A DNA stretch of 64,000 nt, taken from Mobula hypostoma (taxonomy: Eukaryota). The DNA is taken from positions 111,912,001 through 111,976,000 of the forward strand of contig NC_086097.1 in assembly GCF_963921235.1 (NCBI RefSeq). Reading direction: 5' to 3'. The notes beneath the pieces were generated by a model. That model saw only the letters and a program-made list of their open reading frames with translations, was not told the DNA's origin and did not search any database. The translations under genes and the position numbers were made by a program. Positions 1 to 12,264 of this stretch are shown piece by piece (position 1 is the stretch's first letter; each line of letters starts with the position of its first letter).

Positions 1-9
1 TTATCACTA

Positions 10-1197
10 GACATCAATGCCACTGTTGTGACCCTCAGCAGATTGCAGATCTGCCTTAAATATACATTAAGTCTTGGCCTCCACAGCTGCTATGGCAACA
101 GATTCCACAACTCTCTGCCTAAAGAAATTCCTTCTCCTCTCCATTCTAAAAGGATGCCCCCCTATTCTGAGACTGTGTCCTCTGGTCTTAGATATTTCCA
201 TCATAGATAATATCCTCTCTACATCCGCTCTATCAAGGCCTTTCACCATTTGATGGGTTCAAATTAAGTCACCCCTCATTCTTCTGAATTCTAGTGAATA
301 TGGGCCCAGGGGTATCAAACACTCTTTGTATGTGCGACGGGGTCCTGAATTATCCCTATGAACTGTGCTTTTGAAAAGAAAGAGAGAGAGGTGCCCAACA
401 CAAACATCTTGTTAAAAAGAGAGAGAAAGAAAGAGAGAGAGAGGCGAAGACTGCTCACAGCATGTTTAGACTTTCTACAAGGACGCTACTTGCTTGGAAA
501 TTCTTACAGAGAGGGCAGGGAGGAGCTGTTTGAGAGACAGCTGGTATTCAGCACAGGGAGATGAATAGAATGTCAGATGATAGACCTGGAGACACATGGT
601 TTTGGATACTGGATGAGCTTTGTTGTGCCCACAGAAAAGGTGGATTTTGGAGGATCAATCAGGCGGATTGATCAGCGGCTCTCGCGGTGTGAACAGTGGG
701 GAGTTATTTGTTGTATCCAACCCTCGCCTGGGTTGATAATTCCACCACAGAAGAACGGTCCCCTTTTTTGTGGTCACAGTTGGTGACTTCTAAAGGATTT
801 TGGAGGACAATGGGAAGATTGACGGTGTCAGCTCACCTGAAGACTCAAATCTCTCCCTCTCTCCAACACTACTCAACTCAATACCACGAACTGAACTGAA
901 CTTTACTCATCGTCGTAAGACTATCTACTTACCCCTAGACTTGAAGAAGCCTGATTTTCATATATTTCCACACTTACTGATATAGTTACTTATATATAAT
1001 CATTGCTAACCTGTTTGATTTATCTGCATTTATATTTAACTACTGCGTAGTTACTAATAAATTCCTTTAGTTAATAGCAATACTGACCTCCAAAATGTTT
1101 TCCATTTGTGCTGGATCTTTAACCCGTCATGGGATACGTGACAGTATGACAAGCTGTCTAATCCAGGAATAATTTTCATGAACCTCATTTGAACCAT
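10..1197 (-). mobile_element. Old CR1 LINE 3' fragment, split by the solo LTR at 333-1143
   Basis: ORF 67-249(-) reads KGLDRADVER...KTRGHSLRI, the CR1 ORF2 C-terminus; CR1 similarity resumes at 1144-1197. Confidence 0.8.
333..1143 (+). mobile_element. Solo LTR (811 bp)
   Basis: TG...CA ends (TGCGACG...CGTGACA), 5-bp TSD GTATG at 328-332 and 1144-1148, AATAAA near 1056; interrupts a CR1 fragment cleanly. Confidence 0.85.
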
Positions 1198-2249
1198 GCC
1201 TCCCTCATCTGCCTCACACACCAACCTGTCTGTTTTCCTTATCTGAGGAGCCTTTCTATTTAGCTGTGGCCTGTATGCAGGTAGGAGGAAGACAGCTGAG
1301 TGATCTGAGTGTGGTGCAGGTATGGAATAGTAGACATTCCTTATCGTAATATGGCACTGGTTGAATAAGTTGGGACCCTGGTGCTGCAGGTTAAACGCTG
1401 ATGATAATTGGGCAGAGATCTCTTTGAACAAACTTAATTGAAGGTCCTGACTATGATTTGAAATGTGTTGGAATGGGGTGTTTCTTGTTTGGTGATGGCA
1501 ACATTCAGTATCTTGAGTGCCTGATTAACTTTAACTTTTGGCAGTATGTAAACTGCTGCCGGGATCATGGAGGAGAACTCTCCAGGTAAGTAGAATGGTT
1601 GGCACTTAATCATCTGATGTTCCAGATCAGGGGAAGAAGACTGCTGTGTCTGAGCACTATGAAGAGTTTATCATGAAACGGAGACATCACCTTTTGTCTT
1701 CTCTGCATCAGCAGTTCAGTCTATCCTGTGTATTGAGAAGTCATCAAGTCTTACCAACGTATCCGGCGTGTCCAGAGTGAGCTATGTCTCCACGAAACAA
1801 AGAACATAGCAATTACTCATTTCCCTTCAATTCAGCAATCATGCCTTTAGGTCCTCAGTCTTGTCCCCCAGTCACTGTACATTTGGTAACAAGATGCTGA
1901 GTAGAGGAACTTTCATTTCTTGATATTTCAGTCTGGCTTGGAGTCCTCCTCTCCTCCCTCTCTTCTGTCTATGCAATAGGTTTAATAGAATCAATTAAAA
2001 ACTACACACAACGACTGACAAATAACTAATGTGCAAAAGAAGACAAACTGTGCAAGTACAAAAGACAAATATTAGTCATAGTAAATAATACTGAAAACAC
2101 GAGCTATAAAGTCCTTGAAAGTGAGTCCAAAGTTTGTGGAATCAGTTCAGTGTTGAAGTGAGTGGAAAAATCCAATCGCAGCCTCTGTAAATTCAAAATG
2201 AACGGTAGTCTCACTTCTTCGGAAGGGTCTGTCTCTTGCAATATTAAAT

Positions 2250-2414
2250 GTGTTCTGTGAACGGGCAATCACTGACCTGTTCCACCGTTTCCGCTGTCCC
2301 CTTGCATCGGTGGGCGGGGGTAAACGTAGTACCGCCACGGACTGTGGTTAAAACTGGAGCGAAAGGGAGGAGGAATCAACAGTTTTATCCGGACTCTCCT
2401 GATCTCTCTGGAAA
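2250..2414 (+). promoter_or_regulatory. Probable DPYS proximal promoter / 5' UTR
   Basis: Non-repetitive, locally CpG-enriched sequence directly upstream of the ATG, with a GC box GGGCGG at 2312-2317. The TSS cannot be placed. Confidence 0.35.
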
Positions 2415-2678
2415 ATGGAACCAACGCTGAACGCCCACAACCGCATCCTAATTCGAGGAGGGAAAGTGGTGAATGAGGACTGCTCGGAGTTTGCCGACGT
2501 CTACATTGAGGATGGATTCATCCAGGGTGTGGGGCTCGATTTACCGCTGCCTGCAGGGGCGAGAGTCATCGACGCATCCGGCAAATTTGTCCTGCCAGGG
2601 GGCATCGACACACACACTCACATGCAGTTCCCTTTTATGGGTTTCGAAGCTGTCGATGATTTTTATCATGGAACTAAG
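2415..2678 (+). CDS. DPYS: Dihydropyrimidinase coding exon 1 (88 codons)
   Basis: ATG at 2415; translation [20 protein letters not shown]...[16 protein letters not shown]...DDFYHGTK with the amidohydrolase DxHxH motif; GT donor at 2679 (AAG|GTATAA), phase 0. Confidence 0.96.
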
Positions 2679-2969
2679 GTATAAACCAGAAAGTTTTATT
2701 GTGCTTTTATCTTTTACGGCTTATCCTTCTGGGAAAATTAAAGTTAGAAAGTCGTGCTAAGGAAAAATCGTTTCTATAGCTTTTCACTTTAAAACTTTTG
2801 CGAGAGATAACCTCCAAAACGAATTTGCTGTACCATGGGTTACTGTACTGTTTGGTTTGTGGAAATGTATTTGCATGGTCCCCGAGGTAGGAGATGCGAT
2901 TTCTAGCGAATTCATTATGTAGATAAAAGTTGGTTTATACCAAAAAAGTGTATTGGGTGGCGGGGTGGA

Positions 2970-3247
2970 GTTATTAACTTCAAACTTTCTGCATCATCAC
3001 TCAAAGCGTTGAACTGCATGTGCATGTAATGAGAGCTGTATAACTCATCTCCTTCTACCTTAGGCCACGAACGTATCAATCACCCCAGCCGTGGACACTC
3101 TCCGGAGGTCCAAGATCCGTATACTCCATGACCGCTGGACTAAGTGTGTCAATGTAGGAGGGGACTATGTTGAAAAATAAATGTGCTAGGTTTTCTAAAA
3201 TTGACTCCGTTTACCTTAGGCCACGAACTTATCAATCACCCCTCATA
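2970..3247 (-). mobile_element. Mariner-like non-autonomous fragment with an internally duplicated terminal segment
   Basis: Minus strand begins TA-TGAGGGGTGATTGATAAGTTCGTGGCCTAAGGTA in a TA-rich site; the same ~30-mer recurs at about 3057-3086 and 3213-3242. Family call is from resemblance to mariner termini. Confidence 0.55.
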
Positions 3248-3294
3248 TATACATGTATATACATATATGTGTGTGTGTGTGTGTGTGCATATAT

Positions 3295-3819
3295 CTTTTT
3301 TTTCTAGTTTGAGCATCTTGATCTTGGGCAGGTGCATTCAGTTCACTGGAGTGTTCTCTTATTAATCCCTCTATTGCTCCTTTACCATCCCATCTCTCCT
3401 CTTAGTTTTCTCATCTGCAACATCATCTGATGAATTCTTTGTTTTCCTATCTCCATTGACTCGTTTCTTTTTTGTCTTCCGTTCATCCAGCTGGGCTCTC
3501 GTCTTTGTATCTACTTTTACAAGGAACTTTTTGTCTCCCAGTAACCCTAATGCAGGCAGAGTAGATCCTTGTACTCACAAAAGCCATGTTCTTGCAACCT
3601 TCCTCAAGCTCCTTGAACTCTCTTCCAGCTTAAAACCAAGCCATATTTTGCGAGTAACTGCCTGATTAACATATCAGAAGCTTTCTCAGATAGATTACCT
3701 ACAAAAACTCTTGTAGCCAGACCACTGCTTTCACCACTTTCATGCTTCCACTGAGCAGCATGATGCTTTCTTGGTCCAATTAGCTTTCCAACCAGAGGCA
3801 CAGAGGTTGGCACTAATGC
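3295..3819 (-). pseudogene. RBM25: Processed (intronless) fragment of RNA-binding protein RBM25, RRM region
   Basis: Translation ALVPTSVPLVGK...VFVGNLSEKASDMLIRQLLAKYGLVLSWKRVQGA*GRLQEHGFCEYKD...GDKKFLVKVDTKTRAQLDE...IEGLIREHSSELNAP matches the vertebrate RBM25 N-terminus as I recall it; premature stop at 3604-3606 and indels; no introns. Confidence 0.88.
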
Positions 3820-4670
3820 CTGTTTGTCCTCTGATGGGCAATGATTCATGGTGTTTGGCATGGAGACAGTTGTGGCATCATCCAGTACCTTTCTTAATTC
3901 ACTTTCAAATAGCATCATTGCAAGGAATGTGGCATGAAAATTGTGGATGGATCTCCAATTAAGTTGTAGTTGTCTCAGCCAATCATGTCCCAACAATGCT
4001 GCTCCTTTTGTGTTTACCACATACAAGCTCAATGTGTCTTGTTGGTTGTTGTATTTCACTGTTACGAATGTTATTCCCACTTTTTCTCTTCTCTGTTTAG
4101 TCCATTTATCTTTGTCTGCCCAGCGTGCTCTTTGTATGTGACCTACTTTCTACAAGTTTCACCATTAAATGTGTATTTGTTTGGTGCATATAAGCCCTGC
4201 CACAATGGTAACATAATTTGTTTGCCCAGGCTGGTTTCTAAGTTTGATGCTGTAATTTTGTTCACACTCACTTTCATTCTGACTGCAACTCAATTGTGTG
4301 TCTGCAGTTTCCATTGAAACAGCGATTTCGACTCTCTTTTAAATGTAAGTTGTGCTTCAGCTAGGAACCATTTTTAAATGCTGAATTTTAAGCTTCCATA
4401 TACTTCTCAGTGTATCGTTAAGACCACTGTCTTAATAATGCTCAGACAATCTCTTCAATTCAGCCACATATGCTGAAATGGACTCCCCTTCTTTATGATT
4501 CTGCTCTTGAAACCTAAAGTGTCCTGCAATCAGCAATGGCTTCAGGTCTAAATGTTCCTGCATCACTTTGACAATATCAGCAAAGCTCATTTCTGCTGGT
4601 TTGGCTGGAGCAGTTAAACTTTGAAGCAAATTGCATGCCTTTAAATCTAATGGACTCAACAAAATTGGCA

Positions 4671-4896
4671 AACAACAGGAATTCTGCAGATGCTGGAAAT
4701 TCAAGCAACACACATAAAAGTTGCTGGTGAACGCAGCAGGCCAGGCAGCATCTCTAGGAAGAGGTGCAGTCGACGTTTCAGGCCGAGACCCTTCGTCAGG
4801 ACTAGAAGGGTCTCGGCCTGAAACGTCGACTGCACCTCTTCCTAGAGATGCTGCCTGGCCTGCTGCGTTCACCAGCAACTTTTATGTGTGTTGCTT
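4671..4896. mobile_element. Fold-back Penelope-derived mini-element inserted in Gypsy gag
   Basis: Perfect 92-bp inverted arms (4703-4794 / 4805-4896) with a 10-nt spacer; TSD CAACAAAATTGGCA at 4657-4670 and 4897-4910. Confidence 0.85.
4768..4803 (-). ncRNA. Minimal type I hammerhead ribozyme motif
   Basis: Minus strand AGUC-CUGACGA-A-GGGU(CUCG)GCCU-GAAA-CGUC-GACU: stem I AGUC/GACU, conserved core, palindromic ACGU in place of stem III. Confidence 0.7.
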
Positions 4897-6495
4897 CAAC
4901 AAAATTGGCACTTGTTTGTCATTGGTTATTTAATTCAAGATATTGTTCAGTTAGTTCAGTATACATCTCTTTTATGTAATCAAATATGTCAATCTTTCTG
5001 ATGTAGCCAGCCATTTCTGTTTTTGTTTGAATGATTATTATCACCCAGTTCTCACTTTTTATAAACCCATGAATTTTTCCATTTACTGACTTAAAATAAA
5101 AACTTGATTGTGTCTTCCCTTCTGGAAAACTTGCTGCTTTGTTTAAAAACTTGAACATTTCAGCACATTTTTACGTTTTTATAAATTTCGACCATCTCTC
5201 ACTGTTTTATTTTAGACTGAACATCTTGTCGTGCTTTAACAGGTCAGTAGCTGTCTCGGTTTCTTTTTGAAAACACCTCATCGCCAATGTTATGTTTTGT
5301 ATCTTCAGAACATTAAACTAATTCAGATGAAGACACAGGGGTCCAAAATGTTGGTTTAACATTGAGTTTACTTTAAGCAAGATGTGCATGTACCACATTG
5401 TAGTGTGATGATGTATGCAATTCATGTGCTTTTACATATAACATGTAATTATTTAACTGAACAAAAATGCTTAAACAAAATATATAGGATTATTCAAATG
5501 TTCTTGAAATGTTAAATACACAATTTTTTCATGATCTTGTAGAGAATAGGAAACCATTTCACCCCTAGGCTGATTCACAGTGCAATCCTATTCTCTCACT
5601 AGTTTTCCTTGTAATCATTTCTCACCACATTACCGTGAAGTGTTTGATTATGCTACACACCTAAAAAAAGGGGTAATTTGTAATGGCCATTTAACCTTCA
5701 GAGTCACAAGAAGAACATGCAAACAGAGCCACGGAGGCCCATTTCCAAGTGAAAACATTGCCCTAACCTCATTGTAACTGTTGACTTTTGTCTTTGTACA
5801 ATCATTAATCTTACATATACAGCATAGCCTCACTATGCTCCATTTTCCCCCTGCTTTTGCCTGAAGTATCTGCTTGTTCTGAGTTGTATCCCATTGGAAG
5901 AATTGTTTTTGTTACCCTAGCTTTTCATTATTCTAAATAATTTTATCTATTCTAATAAGTTCCATATTTTTAAAATCGATCTTGGAAATTTTCCCATATA
6001 GTGCTGATTTTAATGCTGAGTAAACTGAAGGAAGCTTGGATCTCATTGTTCGGCATGCAAGCCGATGCATTTTGGAAGGTCAAACCAGAGAATGACTTAT
6101 GAATGGTAGGGCACTGGGGCTAGTGAAATGGTATAGAGGAAGAGAAGAGTTCATTGGAAGTTTGGAAGTGGTGTCACAGGTAGACAGGGTAGTGGGAAAG
6201 GCATTTACCATGCTGAATGGTAACGGTTAGCAGAATGGTAACCCAGGATAGGGGAACCTAGAACTAAGGGAGATAAATTTAAGGTCTCAGAGGGAAATGA
6301 TTTAAAAAGAACCTGAGGGCATTTTTTCCCCCACAAAGGATAGTGAACAGGTGGAATGAGCCATCAGAGGAAGTAGTTGAGGCTGGTATAGTAGTATCAT
6401 TTATGAAGCACATGGAGGGGAGAGGCCTGATGGGATAAAGGGCAAATGCAGGAAATTGAGATTAGTTGGGTGGGCAGCATAGTCAGCATGGATTT

Positions 6496-9400
6496 AGAAA
6501 CATAGAAACATAGAAACATAGAAAATAGGTGCAGGAGTAGGCCATTCGGCCCTTCGAGCCTGCACCACCATTTATTATGATCATGGCTGATCATCCAACT
6601 CAGAACCCCGCCCCAGCCTTCCCTCTATACCCCCTGACCCCTGTAGCCACAAGGGCCATATCTAACTCCCTCTTAAACATAGCCAATGAACTGGCCTCAA
6701 CAGTTTGCTGTGGCAGAGAATTCCACAGATTCACCACTCTCTGTGTGAAGAAGTTTTTCCTAATCTCGGTCCTAAAAGGCTTCCCCTCTATCCTCAAACT
6801 GTGACCCTCGTTCTGGACTTCCCCAACATCGGGAACAATCTTCCTGCATCTAGCCTGTCCAATCCCTTTAGGATCTTATACGTTTCAATCAGATCCCCCC
6901 TCAATCTTCTAAATTCCAACGAGTACAAGCCCAGTTCATCCAGTCTTTCTTCATATGAAAGTCCTGCCATCCCAGGAATCAATCTGGTGAACCTTCTTTG
7001 TACTCCCTCTATGGCAAATATGTCTTTCCTCAGATTAGGGGACCAAAACTGCACACAATACTCCAGGTGTGTTCTCACCAAGGCCTTGTACAACTGCAGT
7101 AGTACCTCCCTGCTCCTGTACTCGAATCCTCTCGCTATAAATGCCAGCATACCATTCGCCTTTTTCACCGCCTGCTGTACCTGCATGCCCACTTTCAATG
7201 ACTGGTGTATAATGACACCCAGGTCTCGTTGCACCTCCCCTTTTCCTAATCGGCCACCATTCAGATAATAATCTGTTTTCCTATTTTTGCCACCAAAGTG
7301 GATAACTTCACATTTATCCACATTAAATTGCATCTGCCATGAGTTTGCCCACTCACCCAACCTATCCAAGTCACCCTGCATCCTCTTAGCGTCCTCCTCA
7401 CTGCTAACACTGCCGCCCAGCTTCGTGTCATCCGCAAACTTGGAGATGCTGCATTTAATTCCCTCATCCAAGTCATTAATATATATTGTAAACAACTGGG
7501 GTCCCAGTACTGAGCCTTGCGGTACCCCACTAGTCACCGCCTGCCATTCTGAAAAGGTCCCGTTTATTCCCACTCTTTGCTTCCTGTCTGCTAACCAATT
7601 CTCCACCCACACCAATACCTTACCCCCAATACCATGTGCTTTAAGTTTGCACACTAATCTCCTGTGTGGGACCTTGTCAAAAGCCTTTTGAAAATCCAAA
7701 TATACCACATCCACTGGTTCTCCCCTATCCACTCTACTAGTTACATCCTCAAAAAATTCTATGAGGTTCGTCAGACATGATTTTCCTTTCACAAATCCAC
7801 GCTGACTTTGTCCGATGAATTCATCGCTTTCCAAATGTGCTGTTATCACATCTTTGATAACTGACTCCAGCAGTTTCCCCACCACCGACGTTAGGCTAAC
7901 CGGTCTATAATTCCCCGGTTTCTCTCTCCCTCCTTTTTTAAAAAGTGGGGTTACATTAGCCACCCTCCAATCCTCAGGAACTAGTCCAGAATCTAACGAG
8001 TTTTGAAAAATTATCACTAATGCATCCACTATTTCTTGGGCTACTTCCTTAAGCACTCTAGGATGCAGACCATCTGGCCCTGGGGATTTATCTGCCTTCA
8101 ATCCCTTCAATTTACCTAACACCACTTCCCTACTAACATGTATTTCACTCAGTTCCTCCATCTCACTGGACCCTCTGTCCCTTACTATTTCTGGAAGATT
8201 ATTTATGTCCTCCTTAGTGAAGACAGAACCAAAGTAATTATTCAATTGGTCTGCCATGTCCTTGCTCCCCATAATCAATTCACCTGTTTCCGTCTGCAGG
8301 GGACCTACATTTGTCTTTACCAGTCTTTTCCTTTTTACATATCTATAAATGCTTTTACAGTCCGTTTTTATGTTCTCTGCCAGTTTTCTCTCATAATCTT
8401 TTTTCCCCTTCCTAATTAAGCCCTTTGTCCTCCTCTGCTGAACTCTGAATTTCTCTCAGTCCTCAGGTGAGCCACTTTCTCTGGCTAATTTGTATGCTTC
8501 TTCTTTGGAATTGATACTATCCCTAATTTCTCTTGTCAGCCACGGGTGCACTACCTTCCTTGATTTATTCTTTTGCCAAACTGGGATGAACAATTGTTGT
8601 AGTTCATCTATGCAACCTTTAAATGCTTGCCATTGCATATCCACCGTCAATCCTTTAAGTGTCATTTGCCAGTCTATCTTAGCTAATTCACGTCTCATAC
8701 CTTCAAAATTACCCCTCTTTAAGTTCAGAACCTTTGTTTCTGAATTAACTGTGTCACTCTCCATATTAATGAAGAATTCCACCATATTATGGTCACTCTT
8801 ACCCAAGGGGCCTCTCACGACAAGATCGCTAATTAACCCTTCCTCATTGCTCAAAACCCAGTCCAGAATAGCCTGCTCTCTAGTTGGTTCCTCGACATGT
8901 TGGTTCAAAAAACCATCCCGCATACATTCCAAGAAATCCTCTTCCTCAGCACCTTTACCAATTTGGTTCACCCAGTCTACATGTAGATTGAAGTCACCCA
9001 TTATAACTGCTGTTCCTTTATTGCACGCATTTCTAATTTCCTGTTTAATACCATCTCCGACCTCACTACTACTGTTAGGTGGCCTGTACACAACTCCCAC
9101 CAGCGTCTTCTGCCCCTTAGTGTTACGCAGCTCTACCCATATCGATTCCACATCTTCCCGGCTTATGTCCTTCCTTTCTATTGCGTTAATCTCCTCTTTA
9201 ACCAGGAACGCCACCCCACCTCCCCTTCCTTCATGTCTATCCCTCCTGAATATTGAATATCCCTGAACGTTGAGCTCCCATCCCTGGTCACCCTGGAGCC
9301 ATGTCTCTGTGATCCCAACTATATCATAATCATTAATAACAATCTGCACTTTCAATTCATCCACCTTATTACGGATGCTCCTTGCATTGATACATAAAGC

Positions 9401-9831
9401 CTTCAGGCGCTCTTTTACAACTCTCTTAGCCCTTGTACAATTATGTTGAAAAGTGGCCCTTTTTCATGCTTGCCCTGGATTTGTCGGCCGGCCACTTTTA
9501 CTTTTCTCCTTTGTACTTTTTGCTTCTACCCTCACTTTACACCCCTCTGTCTCTCTGCACTAGTTCCCATCCCTCTGTTGTGAACTAACCTCCTCACGCC
9601 TAGCCTCTTTAATTTGATTCCCACCCCCCAACCATTCTAGTTTAAAGTCACCTCAGTAGCCCCCGCTAATCTCCCCGCCAGGATATTGGTCCCCCTAGGA
9701 TTCAAGTGTAACCCGTCCTTTTTGTACAGGTCACGCCTGCGCCAAAAGAGGTCCCAATGATCCAAAAACTTGAATCCCTGCCCCCTGCTCCAATCCCTCA
9801 GCCACGCATTTATCCTCCACCTCATCGCATT
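6496..9831 (-). mobile_element. Young CR1 LINE copy 1 (5'-truncated in ORF1; ORF2 with one nonsense codon and a late frameshift)
   Basis: APE endonuclease ORF 8456-9364, RT ORF 6794-8278 (PQGSVLGP, FADD), ORF1 tail 9637-9825, (TAGAAACA)n tail at 6496-6525; sits inside the 3' UTR of an older CR1 (about 6060-6495 plus 9832-9880). Confidence 0.96.
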
Positions 9832-11674
9832 TGTTGGGCTGAAGGGCCTGTATCTGTTCTGTATTGCTCTGTGACTCTGTCTGTTGTTGAGTTATTCTGG
9901 GACAATGCAGTCTTAAGATCTGCACTGACTTAGAAAAAACTGCAGGAAGTGAAGCACTCTGCTTTCAGAACCACCCCGCCTCCCCATCACCCACACAGCC
10001 AATGTGTTGTCTTCCACAATCCATTTCTGCTACTCAATTTTGTCTCAGCCTCCCTGACCACATCGGCACAAAAACCATTTCTTTAGAATGCAACAGAGTG
10101 TCTAAGCAATAGTACAGAATTGTGTAGGCATACACTGCAGATGCTGCAATCAGCAGCAATAAACAAGATGCTGGAGGATCTCAGTGGGTCAAGCAGCATG
10201 TGTAGAGAGAAATGGACAGTGAACACTTTGGGTCAAGATCCTTCATTTCAGCTGAAAGATAGGTTTATTTAAAAGAAAAAGGAAGGGGTGAAGCATGAGC
10301 TAGCAAACGATAGGTGGATCCAAGTGATTGGTTGACAGGTAGGCGTTTAATTGTGATCCCTTATGTAACAAAATGACTACCTTTGTCTTTCCTCACTTAT
10401 CCAAGATGATGTTGCAGATTGGACTATCCAATACCTGTAAGTGGGTCATCTCAAACAGACAACAGTGCACACAATACAAGCCTTACAACCTACTCTAAGA
10501 CCAGTCTAACCATTCTGCCACATAGCCCTCTGTTTTTCTTTTATCCATGTGCCAAACTTCAGTTTTTTAGGTTTGTAGGGAATGTTTTTGGGACAGTGGG
10601 GAGTTAGGAGTTGGGTTAGGATTTAAGGGCAGCAATGTAGGGGATTTGAACTCAGGGCTCTGGTATTGTATGTTGGGTGGACAAGTGCTATGGATGAAGC
10701 CCAGCGAGGATGAGGGCTGGTGACCCTCCCAGGTGGGCGAGTCCCCAGAGGTCAGCAAATCCTGGGATTTGAGGTCCTTGCAGATTGGAGGTATGGTGGT
10801 CAGTGACCCCAAACCCCAGGCTAGAGAATCTGGAATTCAAGGGCTGGAGTTGGGAGTTCCAGTACCAGAATCCTGTGGTTGATACCGAAGATCGAAGTTG
10901 GTGATTGTGGAAATCGAGGTCGGACAGCTGAAGTCCTGGGTTTGCAAGTCCACCTGGGGAAGTCAGAGACCAGGCTTGGTGGGGGGGCGGGGGTTGTGTG
11001 TGGCTCTTGTGGGCATGCTATGTTGGTACTGGAATGTGTGATGACAGTTGTGGGCTGCCCCCCAGCACATCCTTAGCATGTGGTGGTTATTAACATAAAT
11101 GGTGCATTTCACTGCATGTTTCAATGTAAATGTGATAAATAGATTTAGATCAGATTCATTTAAGAGTCTCTTAAATGTCCCTGACGTACCTGCCTCTACC
11201 ATCATCCCTGGCAGCGATTTTTCGCATACCCACCACTCTTTGTGTATTTTATAACAAACATACTTCTGACATCTCCCCACTTTACTCTCTTCCAATGCCC
11301 CATCGTATTAACCATTTCCTCCCTAAGAAAAGGTCTCAGGCTGCCCACTCTATATAATTCTTATAATTTTATACACCTCTATCAAATCACCTCTTGTCCT
11401 CCTTCACTCCAAAGAGAAAAGCCCTAGCTCGCAACTATGGAAGCCTGCACATACTTTAATGTGTGGCAGGGCTAATTTATGTTGCTATTATATCAAGGGA
11501 GAAGGCTTGCTGGGGGGGACTCTGGGGTTCTCACATTTAACTGTCGTTCATTCTTTGGGGCACTTCTCTGTTTTTGTGGATGTTTGTGAAGAAAAAGCAT
11601 TTCAGGATGTATCCATTTCTCTGGCATTAAAATGGACCTTTGAATCCTTGTATACTTTATTTACTCTACTATGT

Positions 11675-12264
11675 TGTAAGGGTCACCAGTGAACTCAAGT
11701 GCAGGAATCACTGCAATTTTGGCAACTCAAACAAAACGAAAGATTTATTACAGAAGTTACCAGCAAAACTAACAAGAACTCAGGCAAACTATACAGAATC
11801 TTGAAGAACTGAAAGCAGTCATGATACACAGAAGAACTCAGTCAAAGTTTCACCAGACAAGGATCCACAACTACCAAGCAAAGACCGGTTGGCAAGCCTG
11901 TACCCCCCCAACCCCCGCTGAAATGCATTCAGGACCAATCAGACATTCCAGGTGTCCAGATGAAGCAATAACTCCCAACGGCAACAACCACATTGCAAGA
12001 CATTGAAAATCCCGTGCTAATTAAATGATACCAAATTTAAGAGAAGTGATAAATACAAAGAGATCTTAAATCCTCATGATACCAAATGAGACACCTGTAA
12101 CATAAAGTGAAAACCCAGAGCTAGTCCAAGATAAACAATTTTATATAAAAGGTAAACAATCCAAGGAACGATGCATTCTCATGAGGAGACACTGAGAAAA
12201 TAGAATCCACATACTAATTGGGGGGAAAATCTTTTTCTTTTAAAAACAACCTCTGGTTGTGACA
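11675..12264 (-). mobile_element. Solo LTR (590 bp)
   Basis: TGTAAGGG...GTGACA ends, 5-bp TSD TATGT at 11670-11674 and 12265-12269, minus-strand AATAAA near 11745. Confidence 0.75.

Larger units (their letters stand above)
3866..5522 (-). mobile_element. Truncated Gypsy LTR retrotransposon: 5' LTR (5288-5522), PBS, decayed gag and protease
   Basis: Minus strand TGTGTATT...CATAACA followed by PBS-like TTGGCGATGAGG; gag remnants (MAGYIRKIDIFD; LLQSLTAPAKP...KEGESISAYVAELKRLSEH); protease end (LSLYVV...ALLGHDWLRQLQLNW). No RT, integrase or 3' LTR seen. Confidence 0.85.

Noticed and set aside
3295..3819. RBM25 as a functional nested gene
   Set aside because: Partial, intronless, with a premature stop and frameshifts.
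4432..4933. Two opposite-strand ORFs with the same MLVNAAGQAASLGR start (also at 47563-48008)
   Set aside because: Artefact of the palindromic mini-element; no independent coding evidence.
6496..6525. Short direct repeats (TAGAAACA)n resembling an array
   Set aside because: CR1 3' tail microsatellite; no spacers, so not CRISPR-like.
8490..9266. 258-aa antisense ORF recurring in CR1 copies (also 36607-37383)
   Set aside because: Shadow frame of CR1 ORF2; it recurs only because the copies are near-identical, and it shows no recognisable domain.
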